Shown: positions 1 to 13,834 of the stretch, one piece after another
Position numbering within the stretch: position 1 is the first letter of the stretch
Layout of the letters: every line of letters starts with the position of its first letter
From: a bacterium
GTDB taxonomy: Bacteria; UBA8248
Direction: 5' to 3'
Assembly: GCA_965221165.1 (NCBI GenBank)
Contig: CBDCRP010000003.1
Span: 512,001-576,000, forward strand
Length of the DNA: 64,000 nt
The notes under the pieces: model-generated
What the model saw: only the letters and a program-made list of their open reading frames with translations
Told to the model about the DNA's origin: nothing
Database searches by the model: none
Position numbers and translations under genes: made by a program

Positions 1-160
1 GGGAGCCGTCGTCTCTGCGGATGGGAATTTCGACTTTCATTTCACGGAAGGGAGTCTTGAGGAGAAGGCGCATTTCATCATCCAGATCGATGAATTCCGC
101 CGCTTGGTCGAACTGCGCGCCCGCGGTTTCGAATACACTGACTCGCTCGTCTTGCGACAT
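1..160 (-). CDS. Glu/Leu/Phe/Val dehydrogenase (glutamate dehydrogenase-like), N-terminal part, runs off the window
   Basis: Manual translation from ATG at 160: MSQDERVSVFETAGAQFDQAAEFIDLDDEMRLLLKTPFREMKVEIPIRRDDGS, typical of the GdhA N-terminus. Not in the ORF track. Confidence 0.8.
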   Translation of the reverse strand, partial: MSQDERVSVFETAGAQFDQAAEFIDLDDEMRLLLKTPFREMKVEIPIRRDDGS

Positions 161-236
161 ATCGTCCCCTCAAAAATTTTCCAAAGGATAGAACGCAAGC
201 GGCTTGGCGAGAGAATCTAAACCCGACCCCGGGGGG

Positions 237-470
237 TTAGTGGCACGAACACATACCTCCGCAGCCGCCCCCGCCGGCCGGGTATCCACCACCAAAAGCC
301 GACGTCGACGCCGCCGCGCCGGAAGAGGATTTGGCGAACACGGAAAGTTTTTTGTGCACTTTCCCCGACCCGCATTCGGGGCATTCCACCAGATCGATGG
401 CTTGCGCGGATGGAACGATCTTCTCGAAATCTTTTTCACAGCTTCCGCAAAGAAATTCATACATCGGCAT
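237..470 (-). CDS. FmdB-family zinc-ribbon protein
   Basis: MPMYEFLCGSC...CPECGS...K-LS motif and a GGGCGGMCSCH tail. Confidence 0.85.
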   Translation of the reverse strand: MPMYEFLCGSCEKDFEKIVPSAQAIDLVECPECGSGKVHKKLSVFAKSSSGAAASTSAFGGGYPAGGGGCGGMCSCH

Positions 471-493
471 GACTGTTCTACCCTCCCGGAGGA

Positions 494-1144
494 TCAGCGC
501 ATTTCATTCGCCCGGCGCCAGTCCGCCAAAAATTTCTCCAGCCCGATATCGGTCAATGGATGCTTGAGAAGCTGCGCAATCACCTGAAAGGGCACCGTTG
601 CGACGTCCGCTCCCATTTTCGCGGCTTCGAGCAAATGGATAGGCGTTCTGATGCTCGCCACCAATACCTCGGTGGCGTAATCGTAGTTCTCGAAAATCTG
701 CACGATGTCCCGCACAATCTCCATGCCCGGGTTCGAGATGTCGTCCAGCCGGCCCACGAAGGGACTCACGAACGAAGCCCCCGCCTTGGCCGCCAGCATC
801 GCCTGGACGGGGCTGAAGATGAGCGTGACGTTCGTGTTGATGTTCTCCTCGCGCATGGCCTTGACGGCGCGCAGGCCCTCGACGCCCACCGGAACCTTCA
901 CGACGACGTTCTCGTGGATGGCGGCCAACTCGCGGCCCTCTTCGACCATCTCCTTCGACTCCGTGGCGATGACCTCCGCGCTCACCGGCCCGTCGACCAC
1001 CTCGCATATCTCCTTGATTCTCGTGTGGTGGTCCGCGCCTTCCTTTGCTATCAGCGAGGGATTCGTCGTCACGCCGTCCAGAATGCCGGTGGATGCCGCT
1101 TCCCTGATTTCTTCCACGTTCGCCGTATCGATGAAAATCTTCAT
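494..1144 (-). CDS. tal: Transaldolase / fructose-6-phosphate aldolase (TalC/MipB family)
   Basis: [21 protein letters not shown] (Schiff-base Lys), SPFVGRLDD; 216 aa. Confidence 0.93.
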   Translation of the reverse strand: MKIFIDTANVEEIREAASTGILDGVTTNPSLIAKEGADHHTRIKEICEVVDGPVSAEVIATESKEMVEEGRELAAIHENVVVKVPVGVEGLRAVKAMREENINTNVTLIFSPVQAMLAAKAGASFVSPFVGRLDDISNPGMEIVRDIVQIFENYDYATEVLVASIRTPIHLLEAAKMGADVATVPFQVIAQLLKHPLTDIGLEKFLADWRRANEMR

Positions 1145-1201
1145 GTTCTCTCCCGACGGATGTGTTGATACCCCCCACGGGGTCGTGCCCCGCCTCTTCG
1201 A

Positions 1202-1229
1202 AGATTACGCCACTGCGCCCAAATGTCAA
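1202..1229 (-). promoter_or_regulatory. Possible sigma70 promoter for tal
   Basis: Minus strand TTGACA-N16-TAATCT about 60 nt upstream of the start. Confidence 0.45.
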
Positions 1230-1265
1230 CACGGGGAGTATGGGTCGGTTTCGGCTGAAATCGCC

Positions 1266-1354
1266 ATAACCCGCCTGAAATCAACATGTTGAATTTTCAT
1301 TTTTTTCAGATATTTTCAGAATTTTTCACCTTTTTTCACTTATTTTCAGATATT
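1266..1354. repeat. IHF-consensus site followed by 10-bp-periodic T-tract repeats (copy A)
   Basis: AATCAACATGTTG (1279-1291) fits WATCAANNNNTTR. It is followed by ttttttcaga/tattttcaga/atttttcacc/ttttttcact/tattttcaga. Shares a 22-mer with 47799-47820. Confidence 0.7.
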
Positions 1355-1419
1355 CCCTTCGCCCCGAACGAGGCGCAGGCGGCGGGAAGCGGGGTTGCCG
1401 GATCGGCGAATGGATGACG

Positions 1420-2463
1420 CTACAGGAAACCCATTTCCGCGCAGTACGCCAGGAATACGGAACCCGCGTACCCGGCATAAGTCTCCTGGTCTAATATCGT
1501 GTGCTGAAGGTTCCTGCCGCGTACCACATTCTTCATCGGTTTAGCGTAACTACTGTCATAAAACTTGAATCCGGTCTCGCACATATATAGATGACCGGAT
1601 TTATTGTCCACCAACACGTCATGCGCGTAGAATCCCGGGCCCAGGGCGCGTCCGATACGATTACCCAGCGCATGAAGTTGTTCCAAGCGCGGCGCAACCA
1701 GATTTCTATACAGGTGTTCCAGAAGTTCAGAATTTTTCGGGGTATCCTTGTTGTGCACCGATGGGTCGTTTTCTTCGACGTCTCGAGCGCGAACATATAT
1801 CTGCAGCGTGCGTGTGCCGATACAAACCAGCCTCACACATGTAAAATAGACGGAGTCCTCGAACGGGACCCTGGTGTCGATAAATTCCGCATTGTAGCGG
1901 CCATCATCTATTTCCTCGAATTTTTCGACGACAAAGGCATTCTCTGCAGAACCAACTCTTGCGTTGCTGAATATCTTCTTGCCTTCATCCATCTTCAGGC
2001 TCGGCATCCTTATGCCTTGCCGGGACAATGTTTCGTTCGCCTTCCGCTTGTCTCTAATAATGCCGGCGGTTCGATGAGAATTGAAAACTGCGTTTGCTTT
2101 CTTCAGTATATCTTCCGGAATATCGTATTCATCAAGCTCGTCATATAATTCATGAATGAGACTAATCAGAACCGTCGGCACTCCTTCGGAAATTTGAAGC
2201 TCGTGCCTCAAACCCTTGAAGTCGATTATGCACGACGTTGCAATTCCGCATTGTCCCAAAAGTCTGCAAAACGGCGGAAAAAAAAGATTCGGCTGCGCCT
2301 TTCCGCGATTCTTCAATGCATGAGCGCTTAATGCGCAAATGATGACTTTGCCCCTGACTTTCGCGGGCTGAAATCGTCGAATCGGCAAATTTTTCTTCCA
2401 ATGCCTGTTTCTGTAATTTTTGGGGAAAAAGCGAAGAAAGCTATGCTCGATTGTCGTCAACAT
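1420..2463 (-). CDS. Hypothetical protein, possible degenerate ATP-grasp fold; lower GC than flanks
   Basis: 347-aa ORF; IRDKRKANETL..GIRMP and FYAHDVLVD...LYMCETG resemble ATP-grasp motifs. Confidence 0.55.
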   Translation of the reverse strand: MLTTIEHSFLRFFPKNYRNRHWKKNLPIRRFQPAKVRGKVIICALSAHALKNRGKAQPNLFFPPFCRLLGQCGIATSCIIDFKGLRHELQISEGVPTVLISLIHELYDELDEYDIPEDILKKANAVFNSHRTAGIIRDKRKANETLSRQGIRMPSLKMDEGKKIFSNARVGSAENAFVVEKFEEIDDGRYNAEFIDTRVPFEDSVYFTCVRLVCIGTRTLQIYVRARDVEENDPSVHNKDTPKNSELLEHLYRNLVAPRLEQLHALGNRIGRALGPGFYAHDVLVDNKSGHLYMCETGFKFYDSSYAKPMKNVVRGRNLQHTILDQETYAGYAGSVFLAYCAEMGFL

Positions 2464-2566
2464 GGTATTTTATGACCCATAGCGAAAATGGCGGGCAAAG
2501 ACGAGGCGAGAAGCCGGCCTAGGCTAGCGAAATTTACAGCCCTGCGCAACAATCGACGGAAACAAG

Positions 2567-3649
2567 ATGGTGATGACATCCAAGGCGCTGACGCGGGCGC
2601 TCGCATCCCTCCGGTGCGCTCATAACGATCTGCGGATTATAGCGGGCGATCATGTCAACCCGTCGGGTTTCACCCTGCTGGCAATCCTGAGAAACGAGAT
2701 GTATTTCCTGCCGGATTTCCTCGCCCACTACCGCAGGCTCGGGGTCGAAAGGTTCGTTTTTCTGAACGATCGCTCGGATGACGGGTCTTCCGAATATCTC
2801 CTGGAACAGCCGGATGCCGTCGTTGTGGAGAGCGCCAGGACCTATGGGGAGAAGATCGAGATGCCTCCTTCGTTGGCGCGACGCTTCAAGGATCCCCAAA
2901 TACTTCTTCTCTGGCGGTCCATGCTTCACGAGATGTTCGCCCGGGACCGATGGGCGCTGCAGGTCGATCTGGACGAATTCGTCCACCTCCCCGAGGGAAT
3001 GACCTTCCAGGACCTTGTTGCGCGTTTGGAAAAACAGAGCGCGCGCGCAGTGTGGGGCGTCATGCTGGACGTCTATCCCAAGGATATCGCGGAACTGGTC
3101 GTTCAGAAGGGTTCGCCGCGCCTCGATATGTCCAGGACCTGGTATTTCGATGGAGAAAGGCACTTGCGGCTGCGGTGGGGACAGGGACCCAAAATCGTTC
3201 ATCCGGGGGCCCGCGCAAGGCTCTACCGGGCGTATGGCGTCGACTGGCTGAATCCTGAATCCGGAGTCTCGATGTGGAAGGTATACAGGGAATGGCTGCG
3301 GAAAGTTTTTTTCAGCCACAAACTGCCGAAATACAACTCTCTGGTGAAACCGACACTCCTGAAATGGAAGGACGACAACTCCTTCACTTCCTCGCACCAA
3401 ACCAATCTGCCGGCATCAACGAATTATCTTCTTCCGATCCGGCACTTCCGCTTCGCCGGGTCGCTGTACGGGAAGGTGCAGACGGGGATTCGCGAAAAAT
3501 CCTACCATCGCGGCTCCTTCGATCATCGCCTCCTCTCGGAATTGCTGCGCACAATGGAGGAGCGCAACGGCTCCTTTCTCTACCCGAAATCGAGACCGAT
3601 CGAGTCTTTCGAAGATCTCGCCGGGACCCAAAACGCGTTCGGCCTGTGA
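2567..3649 (+). CDS. Glycosyltransferase family 2-like protein (Glyco_tranf_2_4 type)
   Basis: ILRNE..FLPDFLAHYRRLGV, NDRSDDGS, WALQVDLDEF (DxD motif). Confidence 0.8.
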   Translation: MVMTSKALTRALASLRCAHNDLRIIAGDHVNPSGFTLLAILRNEMYFLPDFLAHYRRLGVERFVFLNDRSDDGSSEYLLEQPDAVVVESARTYGEKIEMPPSLARRFKDPQILLLWRSMLHEMFARDRWALQVDLDEFVHLPEGMTFQDLVARLEKQSARAVWGVMLDVYPKDIAELVVQKGSPRLDMSRTWYFDGERHLRLRWGQGPKIVHPGARARLYRAYGVDWLNPESGVSMWKVYREWLRKVFFSHKLPKYNSLVKPTLLKWKDDNSFTSSHQTNLPASTNYLLPIRHFRFAGSLYGKVQTGIREKSYHRGSFDHRLLSELLRTMEERNGSFLYPKSRPIESFEDLAGTQNAFGL

Positions 3650-3740
3650 GTCTCCGTGCCGGTTCAAGCTCAAACACCGGATGCGCGCTGCGGAAAAATG
3701 GACAATCGAAGCAACATGGCGCTGCATCTCCTGTCGATGG

Positions 3741-3816
3741 GGTCAGGCTTTCCCGAGGAGGGTCAAATCCGACCGAGGAGGGAGGATTTGCGTAGGGTCA
3801 GACATATATGTCTGCC
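3741..3816 (+). repeat. Repeat cluster: GGTCA-hairpin units plus a GTAG-type REP
   Basis: ggtca-aatcc-gaccgaggaggga-ggatt-tgcg (3761-3792), then gtagggtcagacatatatgtctgcc (3792-3816). Confidence 0.75.
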
Positions 3817-3880
3817 ACCTGCGTGTCCGCCCGCAGGGTTTTCGTGGTGAGTCGGGCGAGCAAGACCGATGGACTACGCC

Positions 3881-4231
3881 CTAATCCTCCTCCAGATGGC
3901 GGGGCAGGTCCATCGCATCGTGCAGCAGACGAAGCACATCGATCAGAAACGGCTCGCTTTCACCCCCGACGCGGTAGAGTACGAAATGCCGGCCCTTTCT
4001 TCCTCCTCTGGCGACGTGAAGCGTCATCAGCCCCTCTGCGATGTCGCCGCGTTCCCTTGCTCCGGCGATATCCGGCCCTTCTCCTAACGCCTCGATGGCT
4101 CCGCTCAAGGTGTCGGCGTAGATGCGCGCCTGTGTCTCACCGAATCGCTCGGAGGTCCAGCGCAGGATGTTCTGGAAATCGGTTTCGGCAGATGTCGTCA
4201 GTCTGACCCGCCAGCGGCGGCGATCCGCCAC
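3881..4231 (-). CDS. parE: Type II toxin, ParE/RelE family
   Basis: VRLTTSAETDFQNILRWTSERFGETQARIY...RHFVLYR...VLRLLHDAMDLPRHL. Confidence 0.88.
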   Translation of the reverse strand: MADRRRWRVRLTTSAETDFQNILRWTSERFGETQARIYADTLSGAIEALGEGPDIAGARERGDIAEGLMTLHVARGGRKGRHFVLYRVGGESEPFLIDVLRLLHDAMDLPRHLEED

Positions 4232-4234
4232 CCC

Positions 4235-4525
4235 TTATGCCTCGGCCTCGGCAGCGGGGCCGGCAATAGCATCCTCGGCAATGTTCGAGAGATGTCGGCG
4301 AAGCGATTCCGACGTATCGAAGGAGCGGAATCGGCCCTTCTCGATATCGGCGACACCCCGGGCTGCGGCCTCGCGCAGGGTCTCCACCCTGTCTTCGTGC
4401 TCTTCGAGCAGCCGCAATCCGGCGCGCACCACGTCGCTGGCCGAGTTGTAGCGGCCCGACGAAACCCGCTCGTCGATGAACCCCATGAAATGATCCCCGA
4501 GTGAAACCGATGTATTGCGCGGCAT
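4235..4525 (-). CDS. parD: Type II antitoxin, ParD (ribbon-helix-helix)
   Basis: MPRNTSVSLGDHFMGFIDERVSSGRYNSASDVVRAGLRLLEE; start moved to ATG at 4525; directly upstream of parE. Confidence 0.9.
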   Translation of the reverse strand: MPRNTSVSLGDHFMGFIDERVSSGRYNSASDVVRAGLRLLEEHEDRVETLREAAARGVADIEKGRFRSFDTSESLRRHLSNIAEDAIAGPAAEAEA

Positions 4526-4588
4526 GGCGATACCTCCTTCCCGCGCACTATACCAAAAATTGGTATTCATGCAAAGGGGTCGGTGGGA

Positions 4589-4960
4589 GGTCATTTCCGA
4601 CCGATGAGGGAGGAAATGCCGACTGAAGAGGGTCAGGCTTTCCCGAGGAGGGGAAGCCTGCGTTTGCCGACCGAGGAGGGAGGAACTGCGTAGTGGCGGC
4701 CCCGCCTCCGCCCGCTTTTGTATGGCCGCTCCCGTCATTCCGGCAAATGCCGGTGGCAACCGCAGGTTGAGCAGGCGGACGGGAAACGCATCTATTCTGG
4801 TCCCGGATAAAAGCAATCCGGGATGACGAACAAAAACAAAATAGGGGGACACAGGGGTCTGCCCCTACGGTTCATTTCGATTTGCAGGCCCCTGTAGGGG
4901 CGGTTCGCGAACGGTGGGACAGCCCCGAGGAGGGTGGCAGACATATATGTCTGCCCCTAC
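4589..4960. repeat. Composite REP cluster (GGTCA hairpins, CGTC-type and GTAG-type REPs)
   Basis: Hairpins at 4589-4620 and 4631-4662; cgtcattccggcaaatgccgg at 4733-4753; GTAG/CTAC-tagged palindromes at 4844-4868, from 4894 and at 4936-4960. Confidence 0.75.
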
Positions 4961-5039
4961 GAAACCACCACGCCTCCCGCATTGGTTGGAATCGCAAACC
5001 CTCCACATCGGTCGGGTTCCCCCCTACCCCCCACCCAAC

Positions 5040-5761
5040 CTACGATACGCCTCCGTCCCCCATAAACGAAGAACCGGACTTGACGCCCTCTACCGGCGTT
5101 TTGCCCTCGATATCTCTCGCGGCGGGGTCGGCCCCGGAGTCGAGAAGGGCTTCGACGACTTCGAGGAGGACTTTGTCTTTCGCCGCCGCGTAGTGAAGCG
5201 TGGTGCGCCCGCGCTTGTCGCGCACGTCGGGGTCTGCGCCCGCCGCGAGCAGGGCCTTCACGATGGCGGGGGCCTTGCTGCGCATCCCCGCCCAGTGAAG
5301 GGGAGCGAGACCTCTTCTGTCCGGCGTGTTCACCCGGGCGCCCCCCCGCACACAGTATCTCCACGTTGGTCCCGGTTCTTTTGAAGGCCGTCGCCGCATG
5401 AAGGGGCGTCCATCCGAATATGCCCTGCGCGTTGGGGTCGGCCCCGGCGGCGAGGAGCGCTTCGAGGATCTCGGGAACCTCGCTGAACGCCGCCGCCGAG
5501 TGGAGCGGCGTCCGCTCCCCTTGCGTCGCGCGCGTTCGGGTCGGCCCCGGCCCGCGTCAGGACGGCTATCACCGCCGGGTCTTCGGCGTGGCGCGCCGCC
5601 CAGTGCAGGGGCGTCCACCCGTTCTTGTCGCGCGCATCTATTTCGGCTCCGGCTTCGAGCAGGCTCTCGAACGCTCCCGCGTCCTCGCCCAACACCGCAT
5701 GGTGCAGGGGAGTTGCTCCGTCTTCACCGCGCGCGTTCGGGTCGGTCGATCCACTCGCCAT
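5040..5761 (-). pseudogene. Ankyrin-repeat protein split by two +1 frameshifts (about 239 aa if corrected)
   Basis: Repeated G.TPLH.A...LL.AGADPNA motifs run across three frames. The shifts are at a C4 run (5517-5520) and a C7 run (5341-5347). Confidence 0.8.
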
Positions 5762-5882
5762 CCCGTTTCTCCTGTTTTGAGGATGCCCGTTCACACGCAT
5801 CCGGTTTCCCGGTTTTCATGCGGCGGCTATCCCCGTCTCCCCTCGTTTCTCTTGGAACTTTATGCGAACGGATCGACAGGCC

Positions 5883-6146
5883 CTAACTCTCCGCCCCGGG
5901 CGGGCCGCCTCTTTCGGCGAATTTCTCGGCGCACGAGGTGCTGCAGAACGAATGCCTGCCGCCGCCCGCGCGCTTCGTAATACCCATGCGGGAGGGGAAA
6001 AACGTCTCGCACTCGGGGCAATTCAGCATCTCGTCGTCCAGGGCGTCTTGCGTTTCCCGGTTTTTTTGCGTCATGCCGCTGATCAAACTGCGAATAAGGT
6101 AGTATATCCCCCAGGACAACGCCAGATAAAATATGAATCGAAACAT
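5883..6146 (-). CDS. Small membrane-anchored zinc-binding protein (PP0621/TRASH-like)
   Basis: N-terminal transmembrane segment, then EMLNCPECETFFP...FCSTSC. Confidence 0.7.
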   Translation of the reverse strand: MFRFIFYLALSWGIYYLIRSLISGMTQKNRETQDALDDEMLNCPECETFFPSRMGITKRAGGGRHSFCSTSCAEKFAERGGPPGAES

Positions 6147-6219
6147 GAGCGGGGCCTCATGAGGTGCGGCGAGAATCGGACACCGCTACTCTACACCCTG
6201 AACCGCCGGATGAAAAACT

Positions 6220-9472
<3,253 letters not shown>

Positions 9473-9605
9473 GAATCAGGCCACCCGTTGGAAAAAGGAA
9501 AATACATGGGCCGTTTGAAAGTTTTTTCGGGGAAAGCGTTTTCCCGCGCTTTTTAATTTCCGGGCTTTCTGCAAGGAATCAAGACTCTTTTTCTCGCTCA
9601 CTCTC

Positions 9606-10697
9606 TTAATCCCCTACGCAGAAGCTGAAAAACGCATCGAAAAGCGCGCCCGCGTCGTGCGGGCCGGGGCAGGCCTCGGGGTGATACTGCACGCTGAACA
9701 CCTTGGGGGAGTCCGACCTCAAGCCCTCGCAAGTGCTGTCGTTCAGGGAGGAATGCGTGACGGCCACGTCCGCCGGCAGGCTTTCGGGGTCCACGGCGAA
9801 CGAGTGGTTTTGCGAGGTGATGTCCACCTTTTTCGTGCTCAAATCCTGGACGGGATGGTTCGCCCCGTGGTGGCCGAATTTGAGCTTGTACGTCCTGCCG
9901 CCCAGGGCCTGCGCCAGAATCTGGTGCCCCAGGCAGATGCCCACCAGGGGAACCCGGCCCATGATGTGTTTTACGTTTTCGACGACGTAGCCGAGCGCCG
10001 CCGGGTCCCCCGGACCGTTCGAGAGGAAAACGGCCGCGGGTTTTCTCGCCAGCACGCTCTCGGCGGTTTCAGTAGCGGGCACGATTTCGAGATCGAACCG
10101 CTCCCCGAGTTCGCGAAAAATGTTGTCCTTCGCCCCCAGATCGTAGGCCACGCAAAGCGGGCGGCCTTTCCTCTCGCCCCAGGCGTGCGCGGCGGCGCAG
10201 GTGACGTCGCGCACCATGTCGCGCCCGTCCAGCCCCGGACTCGCCTTGGCGCGGGCGATGAGGTTTTTTTCGTCCAGATCCGTGGAGGAGAGTATCGCCC
10301 GCAAGGCGCCCGCCTCTCTGATGTGGCGCGTGAGCGCGCGGGTATCGACGCCCTCGATGCCGGGAACCCCCTGTTTTTTGAGATAAGAATCCAGGTCCTC
10401 GTTCGCCCGGAAATTGCTGTGGCGCCTGCACACCTCCTTCACGATGAATGCCTCGACCCAGGCGCGGCGGGATTCCTCATCGCCGGGGATGACGCCGTAG
10501 TTCCCGATGTGGGGGTACGTCATCACCACCATCTGGCCTCGGTAGGAGGGGTCGGTGAGCACTTCCTGGTAGCCCGTCATCGCCGTGTTGAAGACGAGTT
10601 CACCTTCGGCGTCCGAATCCGCCCCGAAACTCACGCCCCGGAAGATTCTGCCGTCTTCCAGGGCCAGGAGCGCCGGTTTTATTTTTCGACCTTTCAC
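9606..10697 (-). CDS. carA: Carbamoyl-phosphate synthase small subunit
   Basis: GELVFNTAMTGYQEVLTDPSY, LSNGPGDP, GICLGHQ, QYHPEA. Confidence 0.96.
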   Translation of the reverse strand: MKGRKIKPALLALEDGRIFRGVSFGADSDAEGELVFNTAMTGYQEVLTDPSYRGQMVVMTYPHIGNYGVIPGDEESRRAWVEAFIVKEVCRRHSNFRANEDLDSYLKKQGVPGIEGVDTRALTRHIREAGALRAILSSTDLDEKNLIARAKASPGLDGRDMVRDVTCAAAHAWGERKGRPLCVAYDLGAKDNIFRELGERFDLEIVPATETAESVLARKPAAVFLSNGPGDPAALGYVVENVKHIMGRVPLVGICLGHQILAQALGGRTYKLKFGHHGANHPVQDLSTKKVDITSQNHSFAVDPESLPADVAVTHSSLNDSTCEGLRSDSPKVFSVQYHPEACPGPHDAGALFDAFFSFCVGD

Positions 10698-11999
10698 GGG
10701 ACGAGCGCCTCCTTCGCCGAGATCTTCATTTCACCCGCAAGCCTGCTCATCCGCAGGTTCCCGGCAACGACCGTGGCCACGGCGCAGCCCTTGAGCTTCC
10801 AGCCGGCGAAAGGAGTGTTCCTGCCGTTGCTCTCGAAAGTGTCGGGGTCGACTGTGATTTCGCGTTCGGGGTCTAAAATCGTCACGTCTCCCGGAGCGCC
10901 TTCTTTCAGCGTGCCGTAGGGCAGGCCCAGCACCTCGCACGGAGCCGCCGTGAATTTCGCGATCATCTCGGACAGCGTGAGCACGCCCCCGCCCACCAGC
11001 CTGTCCAGCGCCAGGGACACGGCCGTCTCCAGACCCACGACCCCGAACGGCACGGCGTCGAACTCCCGCTGGGTTTCCGCCTCGTAATGCGGCGCGTGGT
11101 CCGAGGCGATGGCGGATATCGTGCCGTCCTTAAGGCCTTCTAAGAGCGCTTGCCTGTTCGCCTCATCACGCAGCGGCGGCGCCATCTTGGCGGATGAGTC
11201 GAAGTCCTGAATCACCTCGTCGGTCAGGGAGAAATGGTGCGGCGTCACCTCCGCCGTCACGCGAACCCCCCGCGCGCGCGCCTGACGCACCAGGTCCACC
11301 GCGCCTGCGGAGGATATATGCAGAATGTGGAGCCTGCCTCCCGTCAGTTCCGCGAGGCGGATGTCCCGATAGACGCAGATGTCCTCGCTCGCCGCCGGGT
11401 TCCCCGCCAGGCCGAGCAGGGTGGACATCGCCCCCTCGTTCATCACCTTGCCGCCCGAGAGCGTCATATCCTCTGCGTGATCGAGCACGCTCACACCGAG
11501 CATTCCGGCGTACTCGAGGGCTGCGCGCATCAAGGCGGCCGTCTTGACGGGCACGCCGTCGTCGCTGAAGGCCACGGCGCCCGCCTCTATCTGCTCGGCC
11601 ATCTCGCTCAGTTCCTCACCCTCGAGGCCCACCGACACCGAGCCGATGGGGAACACGCGGCACGAACCCACCTCGCGCGCGCGCTTCAGGATGCGCTCGG
11701 TAATGGAACTCGTATCGTTGACCGGGTCGGTATTCGCCATGCACGCCACGCCGGTGAAACCGCCCGCGGCGGCGGCGCGGGTGCCGGTTTCGATGTCTTC
11801 CTTGTATTCCTGCCCCGGTTCCCTGAAATGGACGTGCATGTCGATGAACCCGGGCGCAACGACGAGCCCCGCCGCGTCGATGATTTCATCCCCGCCGCGC
11901 GGTAATATGTTCTTTTTTCTGTGCGCGATTTTTCCCTCTTCAATCAGGATATCGCATTTCTCATCGACCCCGTCGGAAGGGTCGATGAGGCGTCCTCCC

Positions 12000-12016
<17 letters not shown>
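10694..12016 (-). CDS. pyrC: Dihydroorotase (multifunctional-complex type)
   Basis: [29 protein letters not shown]; start moved to ATG at 12016. Confidence 0.94.
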
Positions 12017-13031
<1,015 letters not shown>

Positions 13032-13058
13032 ATCCTTCCCCCCGTAGCGCCTGGGTTT

Positions 13059-13583
13059 CTATGAGCGTTTGAAAACGGCGTCCTGGCCGTCGGTTTCCTC
13101 CAGATGCACCCGGACCTCCTCCGGATGGGCCGTCTCGATGTTCTTCCCCACGAAATCGGCGCGAATGGGGAGTTCCCGTCCCCCCCTGTCCACCAAAATG
13201 GCGAGCCGCACCCTGCGGGGCCGGCCGAAGTTGACGAGCGCGGCCAGGGCGGCCCGCGCCGTCCGGCCCGTGTAGAGCACGTCATCGACCAAAACGACGT
13301 CCTTACCCTCGCAAGAAAACGGCAAGTCCGTTTTCTTGAGACCGGTTTTCACGCCGCCGCCCTGGTTCAGGTCGTCGCGGTAGAGCGTGACGTCGAGCGC
13401 GCCCACCAGCGGACGCACGCCCACCAGAGACTGAAGCTCCCCGGCCAGTCTTTCCGCCAAGGGCACGCCCCTCGTGCGAATACCGATGAACACCAGATCC
13501 GATAGATCCGCCGTGCGCTCCAGTATTTCGTGCGAGAGACGCCTCAAGGTGCGCCTTAACTGCTCGGCATCGAGTTGTTTCAT
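13059..13583 (-). CDS. pyrR: Pyrimidine operon attenuation protein / UPRTase
   Basis: RRLSHEILER, GIRTRG, TLYRDD, VVLVDDVLYTGRT, RELPIRADFVGKN. Confidence 0.93.
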   Translation of the reverse strand: MKQLDAEQLRRTLRRLSHEILERTADLSDLVFIGIRTRGVPLAERLAGELQSLVGVRPLVGALDVTLYRDDLNQGGGVKTGLKKTDLPFSCEGKDVVLVDDVLYTGRTARAALAALVNFGRPRRVRLAILVDRGGRELPIRADFVGKNIETAHPEEVRVHLEETDGQDAVFKRS

Positions 13584-13632
13584 CGTCAAGGCAAAATCCG
13601 ATGTTCGGGCGGCCCGGTATCAAAAAAGACAC

Positions 13633-13665
13633 AAAAAAAACTCCATGCCCAAGGGGCATGGAGTT
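13633..13665 (-). terminator. Intrinsic terminator of the pyr attenuator
   Basis: Perfect 12-bp stem AACTCCATGCCC/GGGCATGGAGTT running into a U8 tract on the minus strand, upstream of pyrR. Confidence 0.88.
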
Positions 13666-13705
13666 CGGAGAACAGACGAGAAGATGGCAAGCATCCGCGC
13701 TTCCT

Positions 13706-13736
13706 CCTTCGCCGCCTCACGGGACGACATTAAAGG
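13706..13736 (-). promoter_or_regulatory. PyrR binding-loop RNA element
   Basis: Minus strand CCUUUAA-UGUC-GUCCCGUGAGGC-GGCG-AAGG matches the CUUUAA...RUCCNGNGAGGY...AAG pattern. Confidence 0.85.
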
Positions 13737-13834
13737 GGAATTTCTATGTCACCACATTATTTCCACCCGGCGAAGAGCCGGCCGGGCTATTTCCTGAAAA
13801 TTAGCAGTCTTTCCGTGAAAGAGCAAGAGGGAAT

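Noticed and set aside
1291-1354. Tandem 10-bp units as a CRISPR array or iterons
   Set aside because: No unique spacers, units too short, and no cas or rep gene nearby.
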